Source of the DNA: Octopus sinensis
Taxonomy: Eukaryota
NCBI RefSeq assembly: GCF_006345805.1
Contig: NW_021824119.1
Span: 1-20,100, forward strand
Length of the DNA: 20,100 nt
Direction of reading: 5' to 3'
The position numbers and the translations under genes were made by a program. Of this stretch, positions 1 to 9,967 are shown piece by piece. Positions within the stretch are counted from its first letter, which is position 1. Each line of letters begins with the position of its first letter. The notes beneath the pieces were generated by a model. That model was given only the letters and a program-made list of their open reading frames with translations, ran no database searches and was not told where the DNA came from.

Positions 1-4
1 ATGC

Positions 5-97
5 TATCGGTGTCTTTTGCCGAATCGCAAAGTTACGGGAACGTAAACACACCAGCATCAGTTGTCAAGCGATGTTCGGGGAACAAACACCGAAACA

Positions 98-186
<89 letters not shown>

Positions 187-329
187 TACGACGGGCTTCT
201 TTCAGTTTCCGTCTACGATATCCCGAGGCTATAGTAGAAGACACTTGCCCAAGGTGCCACGCAATGGGACTGAACCCGGAACCATGTGGTTCGTAAGCAA
301 GCTACTTACCACACAGCCACTCCTACGCC
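5..329 (-). mobile_element. tRNA-derived SINE, family A, with internal (TA)n/(TG)n; 3' end cut by window edge
   Basis: Reverse complement starts GGCGTAGGAGTGGCTGTGTGGTAAG (A box) then GGTTCAGTCCC (B box). Colinear with the full copy at 12447-12877; about 30 bp deleted near 216-221. Confidence 0.9.
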
Positions 330-638
330 TATGATAGCACAAAGTTTATGCAATATAAACTTTGATATCGATTGTTTTGGCAAGGGGGTAAACCGAAAGG
401 CTGCAGCTGTGGAGGGATTAAATAACGTACCTTGGGCCGTGAGATGTACATAAGTATAAAAGCATCTTTTACGGTTTGGATAGTAGTTTTGCAAGAGGTG
501 AGTGAGTAAAAAAAGTACCACCTCGTCGCCCTTTTCGAGGAATTTCGTTGCAACACTGCTACAGATAAGAAATCTTTTTGCAAACAGTCGATATATCACT
601 AATATCTGTAATTTGACATAAGTATGTACGCAGAATTA

Positions 639-757
639 GGCGCAGGAGTGGCTGTGTGGTAAGTAGCTTGCTAAACAACCACATGGTTGCGGGTTCAGTC
701 CCACTGCGTGGCACCTTGGACAAGTGTCTTCTACTATAGCCTCGGGCCGACCAAAGC
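639..757 (+). mobile_element. SINE family A, 5' head only
   Basis: GGCGCAGGAGTGGCTGTGTGGTAAG...GGGCCGACCAAAGC closely matches the first ~119 bp of the 12447 copy. Confidence 0.9.
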
Positions 758-938
758 AAATCGACCCCGGGACTTATTCTTTGTAAGCCCAGTACTTATT
801 CTATCGGTCTCTTTTTGCCGAACCGCTAAGTGACGAGGACGTAAACACACCAGCATCGGTTGTCAAGCAATGCTAAGGGGACAAACACAGACACACAACC
901 ATGTCGTTGATAAGCAAGCTACTTACCACACAGCCACT
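755..938 (-). mobile_element. SINE family A, internally deleted, fused to the preceding + copy
   Basis: 755-897 matches the SINE 3' body (cf. 13751-13892); 898-938 matches the head; the middle is missing. Confidence 0.85.
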
Positions 939-961
939 TATGTATGTATGTATGTATGTAT

Positions 962-1341
962 GACAAGGACTGTATCCTCTGTTTTAAACAAAGACAACTC
1001 TACACAGCGAAAAATAACTCCACTTGTGCATCTGAAAGCCTAATCTATGCAACTGATTACTCAGAGTGAGGAGAAAACTACATGGAGCGAACCGGGTTAT
1101 CCTTAAGACAACGCATAACTCTACATATATCACTAATTAAAATATAATAATACAGGCAAATATAACTCAGTGAACATATAAACAACTGTTCAAGTAAGAA
1201 TCAAATAAATCTTATAACCTCCTCCTTAGACCTGAGCAACACAACAACAACGCATCAGCAATGAAAAACTCTTCATACCCAAATACAGACCACTTCTAAA
1301 TAACTTTGGGAGAGAAAGGGCGATAACTACTAAGACCACTA

Positions 1342-1374
<33 letters not shown>

Positions 1375-1542
1375 TTGCTGCTACCAACACTGCAGCTTCT
1401 ATGACTCCCGCCAAATAACTGCTACTATTGCGGTAAGAGCCACTACTGTCACTGCTACTACTGCTTAAGTTGCCGCTTCCACAATTAAGAACTGATACAA
1501 CTACCACCATCACCACTACCACTACTACTGCTACTGCTACTG

Positions 1543-1578
<36 letters not shown>

Positions 1579-1772
1579 TTCCTGTTGCTCCTGCTGCTGC
1601 TACTATTACTAATATTACTGCTATTGCTCCTGCTGTTACTACTACTACTACTACTACTACTACACTACTACTACTACTACTACTTCTGCTGCTGTTCCTG
1701 TTGCTCCTGCTGCTGCTGCTGCTACTACTACTACTACTACTGCTGTTGCTCCAGCTGTTACTACTACTACTG

Positions 1773-1806
<34 letters not shown>

Positions 1807-1892
1807 CACTGCTGCTGCTGCTGCCGCTGCTGTTGCTGCTACTAGTACCACTACTACTGCTGTTGCTCCAGCTGTTACTACTACTACTACTG

Positions 1893-1923
<31 letters not shown>

Positions 1924-2115
1924 CACTGCTGCTGCTGCTGCTGCAGCTGTTCCTGTTGCTCCTGCTGCTACTACTATTACTAATATTACTGCTGTTGCTC
2001 TTGCTGTTACTACTACTACTACTACAACTAAGACCCAACAGCCAATCAAAGGGACCAAACTACCAGAAACATGTAAATTTTGTAAGAAAAACATGTGAAC
2101 TTCAGAACTGATATA
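962..2115 (+). mobile_element. Possible decayed 5' part of an R4/Dong-like non-LTR retrotransposon
   Basis: A/C-rich ORF-like sequence directly after (TATG)n and interrupted by trinucleotide repeats. It resembles, from recall only, the N-terminal region of cephalopod Dong-like LINEs (NYQKHVNFVRKT at the end). No diagnostic domain visible. Confidence 0.3.
1338..2023. repeat. Compound (CTA)n/(CTG)n trinucleotide tract with higher-order repeat units
   Basis: Directly visible; recurring blocks CTGTTCCTGTTGCTCCTGCTGCT and CTGTTGCTCCAGCTGTTACT. Confidence 0.95.
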
Positions 2116-2288
2116 TCATAAAAGATTAATTGAATTTAATTTATTTCAATAAACTTTAACTTCTCTTACAGCATGGCTGAATCGTCTTATAAAACGATTG
2201 AAATCTTTAGCATCTTTTGATCAAAAATGTAAATATTTTCTTTCTTTTGATAAAATTCTCAAAGTATTTTCTTCTTATTGCTTAATAA

Positions 2289-2404
2289 TGTGTGTGTATG
2301 TATGTGTGTATGTGTGTGAGTTTGTGTGAGTCTGTATGTGTGTGTATGTATATGCCGCTCTCTCTCTCTATCTATATATATAGATAGATAGATAGATTGA
2401 TAGC

Positions 2405-2486
<82 letters not shown>

Positions 2487-2524
2487 TAGATATACATATA
2501 TATATACACATATATATATATGTA

Positions 2525-2555
<31 letters not shown>

Positions 2556-2610
2556 GCGTGTATATATATATATATATATTATATGTATGTATTTATGTAT
2601 GTATGTATGT
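2289..2610. repeat. Compound microsatellite (TG)n-(TAGA)n-(TA)n-(TATG)n
   Basis: Directly visible. Confidence 0.95.
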
Positions 2611-2732
2611 ACGACGGTCTTCCACTCATTTTCGTGTACTAAATTCATTAATAAAGCATTGACTGGCCAGGGGTAAATTAGAAGACACGTGCTCAACGTG
2701 GTGCATAGAGAGACTGAACTCGCGTGACCATG
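2611..2732 (-). mobile_element. Old diverged SINE family A fragment
   Basis: ACGACGGTCTTCC...AGAAGACACGTGCTCAA...GACTGAAC aligns loosely to 13930-14040. Confidence 0.65.
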
Positions 2733-3161
2733 AACGTCCGGTCATCTCGCTATCTGTATGTTAATGACATCGATTAATGCTTTTGATTTCACTGCATAGT
2801 TATGATTATTTGAAGCATATGTTGGGATATACAAAGGTATGTACATCACCAATGCTGTAGTGCGATCCAGATAAAACGAGAGAGAAAAGAAGATGGAAGT
2901 GATTATAGCAAAGCGCTAAAATACCGGAAACTGAAAAGGAGCTTGGTTGTCGAAAATAAGAAATATGGCGTCTCCTTCGTCCTTCTTTTTGATAAATATA
3001 ACAATTCAATTCCCTTCAAATTACGCTCTAACGCATTTAAAAGGGAAAACACTCGAGGTTTTATAATCCTATATGTATAGTTTGATCGACACAGTGTGCG
3101 CATCACGTCAACACCGTTTGTCCGATTTTCACCAGTTTCACACACATGTGTATTTTGATCC

Positions 3162-3708
3162 AAGGAGTCGAGCTGGCAGAAAAGGCGACGAGATGGCAGA
3201 ATCGTTAGCACATCGGGCGAAATGCTGAGCGGTATTTCGTCTGCCGTTACGTTCTGAGTTGTAATCGACTTAATCCGTTTGTCTGTCCTTGGTTGTCCTC
3301 TCTGTGTTTAGCCCCTTGTGGGTAGTAAAGAAATAGGAATTTCGTGTGCCGTTACGTTCTGAGTTCAAATTCCGCCGAGGTCGACTTTGCCTTTCATCCT
3401 TTCGGAGTCGATTAAATAAGTACCAGTTACGCACTGGGGTCTATGTAATCGACTTAATCCGTTTGTCTGTCCTTGTTTGTCCTCTCTGTGTTTAGCTCCT
3501 TATGGGTAGTAAAGAAATAGGTATTTCGTCTGCCGTTACGTTCTGAGTTCAAATTCCGCCGAGGTCGACTTTGCCTTTCATCCTTTCGGAGTCGATTAAA
3601 TAAGTACCAGTTACGCACTGGGGTCGATGTAATTGACTTAATCCGTTTGTCTGTCCTTGGTTGTCCTCTCTGTGTTTAGCCCTTTGTGGGCAATAAAGAA
3701 ATAGGTAT
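3162..3708 (+). mobile_element. tRNA-derived SINE family C (Meta-like central domain) expanded into a 184-bp tandem array
   Basis: Head AAGGCGACGAGATGGCAGAATCGTTAGC, with a duplicate of its first 20 bp at 3162-3181. Central GCCTTTCATCCTTTCGGAGTCGATTAAATAAGTACCAG resembles the MetaSINE domain. Units start at 3231, 3336, 3520 and 3704. Confidence 0.88.
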
Positions 3709-3926
3709 ATCGATTTTTCAAATTTTGTTTACTTTGAGCACAGGACGGGGAAAACCGACTCAAAAAAAAAAGCATTTCTGGGTTTATCTCCGGAACCATA
3801 CTCCCAATTTTGGTCAAATTTTAAATAAACATGCATTAGGCTCTCAGTCACAGATTGCAAAACAATGCATGCTTTTAGAGCACTCCCTTTGAGAGATAGA
3901 ACAAATCGAATATATATATATATATT

Positions 3927-4590
3927 CACGGTCTACACATGCATTGGAACTCAAGGAAGGAACTCCGATAAAGCTGCTTCGGAATCTGGAATCTGTAACG
4001 GTTCAAGACTGGTTCAAGACTGGTTGTAAAAAGAAATCTACCCCATGTCATCGTAGCGACCATTTTATCGGGATGTGGACAAGGGGACGACGTATTTATT
4101 CCAAGAATTCCCCTCATTTCATCAGGAGCAGACGTTTCCTTTTCATTTTGGAGGCTCCAATTTCCAGTCCGTGTCAGCTTTGCGGTGTCCATCAACAAGT
4201 CCCAAGGCCAAACCCTATCTGTGGCTGGTCTCCTACTGGAAGTGTCTTGTCTTTCACAAGAACAACTGTATGCAGGCTGTTCGAGAGTGAGAAGCAAGAC
4301 GGATATTTCTGCCTTTGCCAAAAACGGGAAAACACGGCGTACAAGGAGGCGCTACAATCGCAACAACTAGGGGAACGGTAAGTACTTCCCGTTTCTTGAA
4401 CATTCGTGTTGCAATTGTTCACCGCAGCTTGTCCAATATCATTTGACCTTTTAGTTAAAATGACAAGAGAACATATACTCGATTGGTTGAGAAAGGAAGA
4501 CACTGCTTCAGAAGTATGCCCGATTCTACTTCCCCACCAAAGACGATATGGCTAGTCTCGATCACGGGCAACGCCGGGATTTACTGCTAG
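3927..4590 (+). mobile_element. 3' remnant of an autonomous Helitron
   Basis: PIF1 helicase C-terminal coding remnant, then subterminal hairpin CACGGGCAACGCCGGG and terminal CTAG (4587-4590) followed by T. Confidence 0.92.
3938..4370 (+). pseudogene. Helitron RepHel PIF1-family helicase C-terminal fragment, frameshifted
   Basis: HALELKEGTPIKLLRNL / CNGSRL / VFIPRIPL...RLQFPVRVSFAVSINKSQGQTL...QLYAGCSRV match PIF1 motifs (QFP, TINKSQGQT, QLYVA.SRV). Frameshifts include an 11-bp duplication GGTTCAAGACT at 4000-4021. Confidence 0.92.
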
Positions 4591-4614
4591 TGTATGTGTG
4601 TATATATATATATA

Positions 4615-4768
4615 GGGAGAGTTTACGAAAAAAACAAAAGGCGAAGACAGGTGGTGTACAAAACAAACAGATGTATTAGTATAACGCTCAGGAATAGAAA
4701 AAGTCCTTTACGTTTCGAGCATACGCTCTTCTACAGAAAGGGACACAGAAAAAACAAGGAGAGAAGAC
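4615..4768 (-). mobile_element. Penelope-like element terminal repeat (pLTR) fragment
   Basis: T-rich minus strand carrying a minimal hammerhead-type motif, the known hallmark of PLE pLTRs. Confidence 0.55.
4703..4744 (-). ncRNA. Minimal type I hammerhead-ribozyme-like motif with variant core
   Basis: GTCCCTTT-CTGTAGA-A-GAGC gtat GCTC-GAAAC-GTA-AAGGAC: stem I, 4-bp stem II and palindromic ACGT stem III. Core is CUGUAGA rather than CUGANGA. Confidence 0.55.
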
Positions 4769-5032
4769 GACTATCGGTCATTTTACTATAGCGCTGGTCG
4801 CTATGCGCTTCCTCGCATTGTTTTAGCTTTCGAACGATGCCACTCCGCTGGCTAGAAGAGCAAACCACCTCTCCCTCTGGACAGAAGGCCAGTCCGTCAC
4901 ACGGTTATCTATTTATGTCTAGGGCAACGTGAAGTGAAGTGTTTTGCGCTGGGAATCGAAACCGTGATCTGGGAATTTTAAACTGTGATACTACGATCGT
5001 GAATGCAACACCCTAACCACTTGGTACCTTCA
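4769..5032 (-). mobile_element. Old diverged tRNA/CORE-type SINE
   Basis: Reverse complement has AAGTGGTTAGGGTGTTGCATTCACGATCGT...CGGTTTCGATTCC...AAAACACTTCACTTCACGTTGC, homologous to the head at 18660-18775. Confidence 0.7.
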
Positions 5033-5076
5033 TACACACACACTTATATCTGTATGCACATACATATTTAGATACA

Positions 5077-5463
5077 TGTGGAAGCACTCCGTCGGTTACG
5101 ACGATGAGGGTTCCGGTTGATCCGAATCAACGGAACAGCCTGCTCGTGAAATTAACGTGTAAGTGGCTGAGCACTCCATAGACACGTGCACCCTTAACGT
5201 AGTTCTCGGGGATATCAGCGTGACACAGAGAGGACAAGGCCGGCCCCTTGAAATACAGGTACAACAGAAACAGGAAGTAAGAGTGAGAGAAAGTGTGGTG
5301 GTGAAAGAGTACAGCAGGGATCACCACCATCCCCTGCCGGAGCCTCGTGGAGCTTTTTAAGTGTCTTCGCTCAATAAACACTCACACGCTCGGTCTGGGA
5401 ATCGAAACCGCGATCCTATGACCGCGAGTCCGCTGCCCTAACCACTGGGCCATTGCGCCTCCA
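5077..5463 (-). mobile_element. Full-length tRNA-derived SINE family B
   Basis: Head TGGAGGCGCAATGGCCCAGTGGTTAGG...GGTTTCGATTCCC; colinear over its whole length with the inverted copy at 15806-16189. Confidence 0.92.
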
Positions 5464-6051
5464 GATAGATATAAATATAGAGAAAGATAGGCTCTTTACG
5501 GGTGAAATGCCTTGAACATAGGTTTGCCGAAGAGGGTTTGATATGTGTATAAACCATAAACCAGTAAACCACAACAAGAATATCATCGACAAGTATGGTT
5601 ACATTCTTCCCATTTCGTTTCGAAATCGGAAGAAATATTTAACCCATTATTAACCAAAAAAAAAATGTTAACAAATGATATAGCAAACAGAAAAATTCCC
5701 CCCTTAAACATGTGGTCAGTGTTTAAATATATTACTATAACTAACTATTATAGCCATTAATATCTAGAAAATGTTATGTTGCTATGCAACTCAAATTGTA
5801 AAAATATTTCCATTCAATGTATTTCTAGATCGTATTTATATCATATTTCATTTTTATAGTGTAACTATTTTTTTAAATGGTCACTTATTTTTTTGTCTAA
5901 TAAATATAGCCAACAGTCCACCCAGCATATAGCATGCTAAACAGGAATGGGATGAGTATTTGATATAAAAATAGCTTACTAAAAAGTAATTTTCGAAAAT
6001 AAATTGAAGACATTTCAAAACAAACCAGTTATAATTAAAGATATAAATTTG

Positions 6052-6320
6052 GACTTCAGTCAGTCGCCGGCTGACACTCGTTGACGCTACATCGAAGAGG
6101 CCAGGGAACAGAAGAAAGAAGACATGCACCCAGCACCAGAGCTGAAGACCCCTCCGAAAGTGGGGCCCCACTACGTCAAAACGGTAGAGGAGTAGGGGCC
6201 GAAACCGGGCGTGGTTCCTCCTGATTATGTATTGAGCTAACTGGATCCTATAAAGGAGCAGTTGTGGTAGCAGACCACGAAACACGGTTGTAATTCCTCA
6301 GAGCGCTGTGCTCAAGTACC
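6052..6320 (+). pseudogene. Decayed coding-like fragment, probably retroelement-derived
   Basis: GC-rich island in AT-rich DNA. One frame reads RYIEEAREQKKEDMHPAPELKTPPKVGPHYVKTVEE*GPKPGVVPPDYVLS*LDPIKEQLW*, with isolated stops one substitution from W/Q codons. Confidence 0.35.
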
Positions 6321-6384
6321 AATGTCTGAACCAAATTACCAATTTTTAACTTTAGCACAGGGTGACAAATTTGACTGGTATTTT

Positions 6385-6527
6385 ATTGCTTTCAGATTTT
6401 GGCACGAAGCCTGCAATTTCAGGGAAGGAGTAAATCTTTTACATCGACCCCTGTGTTCAACAGGTACTCATTCTGTCAACCCCGAAAGGATGAAAGTTAA
6501 AATAGACCTCAGCAGCGTTTGAACTCT
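6385..6527 (-). mobile_element. Old SINE family C fragment
   Basis: GGTACTCATTCTGTCAACCCCGAAAGGATGAAAG is the reverse complement of the Meta-like core; 3' part matches 17490-17520. Confidence 0.75.
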
Positions 6528-7050
6528 TTCGAGATGGTCAAACCACCGCGTAAATTAGGAGCCGCAGCACATTTCCTTTTTAACTTTGGTTCAATTTATA
6601 GAAATAATTGTATACAGACGCACTTTGTGCATAAGGAAAATATGAAGATATATATTATAGAATATCGAATTGTTAGCGTTAAACAGTGTTTAGGCATAAG
6701 AAAAATTTAGGTTCGTTAAAATATGTTTGTGACATTTCAACCGTTAACATGAAAATTTACTGCAGTTACTTACCGTGGAGGAAATATCACTCTTCTGGTA
6801 AAAAGGTGTGAAAACACCCGGTTTGTTCAGTGTCGCCATCTATTAGGAATCCCAGACATCGATGTTTCAAGCTTCTTGGCTCTTGTCAATGAAGTGTACC
6901 TAGGAGAGGCAACTCTGAACAAACATATGAAGCAATAGCTTTATGTAAAATTCACCCAACAACCTTGACTGAATTGCGCTGGTAGATCAGCCGATCGAGG
7001 AATGTTAACGCCAAGCAGTGTTTATACATATATTATAAAAATTATGTATG

Positions 7051-7223
7051 ATGGCATGGCTCTGTTGCAGAGTAGTTCGCTTCGGAACCATACTGTTTTC
7101 GGTTCAGTACCAGTGCACAGCAAGTTGGGCAAATAGCTTCTACTATAGCACTGGGCTGACCAATGCCTGGAGTGTAATTTGGTCGACGGAAACTGTAAGA
7201 AGCCCATCGTGTGTGTGTGTGTG

Positions 7224-7266
<43 letters not shown>

Positions 7267-7525
7267 TACATACATGCATAACTATATGTATGTATATTTG
7301 CATGCATGTATCTAAGTATCTATGTATGTAGAGTTGTTTGTGCGTGTCTGTGTTTGTCCTCCCAGTGTTTGGCAACCGTCGTTAGTTTGTTTACGTCTCC
7401 GTAACATTATGGTTTGACAAAAGAGATGATAGATTATGTACTAGACTTTAAAATAAGTAGTGGGGGACGATGTGTTCGACCAATCCTACACGGTGATGTT
7501 CCAGCATAGATAATTGCAAAACCAG
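7051..7525 (+). mobile_element. Old diverged near-full-length SINE family A
   Basis: TTGGGCAAATAGCTTCTACTATAGC...GACGGAAACTGTAAGAAGCCCATCG-(TG)n-TTTACGTCTCCGTAAC is colinear with the 12447 copy. Confidence 0.85.
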
Positions 7526-7600
7526 TATCAGGTGAAATATTTTCTTATTAATGATTTTTGAACCCAAATATATGTGCTTGTGTCTAATGATGACGAAATA

Positions 7601-8165
7601 TTGGGTTGTCCGGAAAGTTCGTGCCGATTTTTAAAGGAAAGAAAAAGATCAATAAATACTTGCCGTTACATTTTTAATCAACCAAATATGAACCATTTTG
7701 TCGCACAAAGCGTCTCCATTTTTCCTTTAACTTGAAAATACCCTCTTCCCAGAATTGAGGGGTCTCATGGCAAAGCATTCATCAAGGTATCTTTTTACGT
7801 CATCCAAGGAATTGAAATTTTTACCATTAAGTCTATTCTGCAGAGACCTGACTAAGTGGAAATCCGAAGGAGCAATATCTGGTGAATATGGAGGATGGGT
7901 TAACACATCCCAGCCGAGCTGCAGCAATTTTTGTCTGGTTCCCAAAGCATCAAGTGCCGAAAATGAAATTTCTCGTCTTCCATTTCAAAGGGTTACAAAA
8001 TTAACACAGGTCCTAGGAACATAAACCTTCTTCCACGAAAAGATAGCTTAAACTATGCTCTAAATGGAGGTGCAATCAAACCCTATTTTATGGACACAAC
8101 CATGTTCTAAAATAAGTCGAAATATAAGCTACTATAAATCGGCATGAATTTTCCGGACAACCCAA
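7601..8165 (-). mobile_element. Internally deleted mariner (Tc1/mariner) transposon, mellifera-like TIRs
   Basis: 30-bp TIRs at 7601-7630 and 8136-8165 (28/30 identical); TA TSD at 7599-7600 and 8166-8167. Confidence 0.95.
7674..7983 (-). pseudogene. Mariner transposase remnant (N-terminus fused to C-terminus)
   Basis: ATG at 7983 gives MEDEKFHFRHLMLWE, joined out of frame to LGWDVLTHPPYSPDIAPSDFHL (mariner YSPDLAPSD motif). After a further frameshift it ends QNGSYLVD*. Confidence 0.93.
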
Positions 8166-8945
8166 TAAATTTAAACTTTCTCTTCCAAGGTTATCAAAAG
8201 CTAATTTCAATGGGAATTATTTCTTTCGAGCTGGTTTTCATGTTAAGAGAAGCAGTTCAGTTATCATCTTTTGCTCTATTTTCTCAAATTTGCTATTTTT
8301 ACCTGTAATGCACTCAGTACACCTGTCAAAATGAGAATATTTTTATCTTTACATTTTCGTGTTTCCGTTGACACTACTTAAAAATGTGTAAAAATTTCTG
8401 CTAAATATTCCAATCAAGAAATTTTGATTTAACATCAAAGGTAATCACAGGAGTATACGAGAATATATTAAGCTTTCCTGTTTTTCTTCCACAAAAGGTA
8501 CACGAGATTCCTTCTGGATTTTATTTACTCGACATAGTGCTTTACCTTGTAGCAGTCACTTGCCTTCTGAGTATGAAATTAAACAGCTCTACCGTGAATC
8601 CCCATCGATTTAAATTTATTTAAATAAACGAGTTTTCAATGGTCTTCTAATGAAATTAGGTGATTCAACAACTTTAATACATTGTTTAAATTCCATTTGT
8701 AATGTCCGGAAACGTAGATCGCTCTATACAGAGAGCAACACATCTGGATACTATAAAGATATTTTCTGTTATTTTCTGTTTTACGAGCCGTGTAAACAAA
8801 ACCTTTTATAAAACCTATAATGGATTGAAGCCTGATCAGTACAAATTCCGACATACGATTTCCTACAGTATTTATAACTTTCAAGGTGGGCTGAAAAGTA
8901 TAAAAGACATCAAAACCCTTTGTTAGGTATCACTTTACAAGTGCG

Positions 8946-9060
8946 TGAGAGAGAAAGAGATGGAGAGATAGAAAGAGAAAGAAAGAAAGTTAGAGAGAGA
9001 GAGAGAAAGAGAGATAGAAAGAGAGAGAGAGAAAGCCAGAGAGAGAGAGAGATAGAGAAA
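8946..9060. repeat. Imperfect (GA)n microsatellite
   Basis: Directly visible. Confidence 0.95.
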
Positions 9061-9746
9061 TAAACAAACCGATTATAATTTGTTTTTAATCAATTAAATG
9101 AATAAATGTAATTGTGTTTTGTTACTAATCTCTATAGAATCGTCAGCTTACAAAGAGAATATCTCGACTCTGAAGATTATTCCATACATTTTATAATGAT
9201 CAAAAACCGAAATTTTCCTTTCCTTCTTCCTCTTTCACATAACGTACCTAAATGACCGTAAATTAATTAGAAGACAGGAAGACACTTACTCTCCACCTCC
9301 GGCTCGTAGTTTAGTTTAGCAAACACGCTTATGTTTTATATTGTATTCAGAATCTATATTTAGAATTTCAGTTCGTATTCTTCATATTTTTCAAAATATA
9401 ATTTTAGTTTTTAGTTCTATAACTAGTTGCCTCTGACGCTAATGCGCCAAGAAACACTATTTGGGTGCCTCTGGGGTAGTGGCTGACTTCGGGGCCTTGA
9501 TATTTTCTAAATTGAATTGAAATATGCTTGATGGTGGAATAATGGTTAACGGTGCAGAATGATATAGAAATTATATCATTCTGCTTGTGACGATATGTGT
9601 TCGAATGTTACGCTTCTAACAAGTTTTAAGTTATGGGGTGAAATTGAAGATGTTGAGGAATCTGTAGCATAATATATAAAAAAAAATTGATACGCTCTAA
9701 ATTATTTAAACTGTTGATTGAATCGAAAACAATCCAAACCTTTACA

Positions 9747-9967
9747 ACATACATGCATGCACACATGCACACACACAAACCTACATACATACATACATAC
9801 ATACATACATACATACATACATACATACATGCATGCATGCATGCATGCATGCATACATACATACATACATACATACATACATACATACATACATACATAC
9901 ATACATACATACATACATACATACATACATACATACATACATACATACATACATACATACATACATA
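9747..9967. repeat. (ACAT)n microsatellite with a (GCAT)n block
   Basis: Directly visible. Confidence 0.97.

Noticed and set aside
340-364. Perfect 10-bp hairpin CAAAGTTTAT/ATAAACTTTG
   Set aside because: AT-rich and short, plausibly chance; no supporting context.
1226-2111. Long poly-S/L/V/T ORFs
   Set aside because: Read-through of trinucleotide repeats in several frames; no domain.
3231-3708. CRISPR-like array
   Set aside because: Whole 184-bp units repeat with no unique spacers; eukaryotic SINE context; no cas genes.
6142-6176. CTGAAGA...GAAA as a functional hammerhead
   Set aside because: Stem II (CCCCTCC) cannot pair and no stem I forms.
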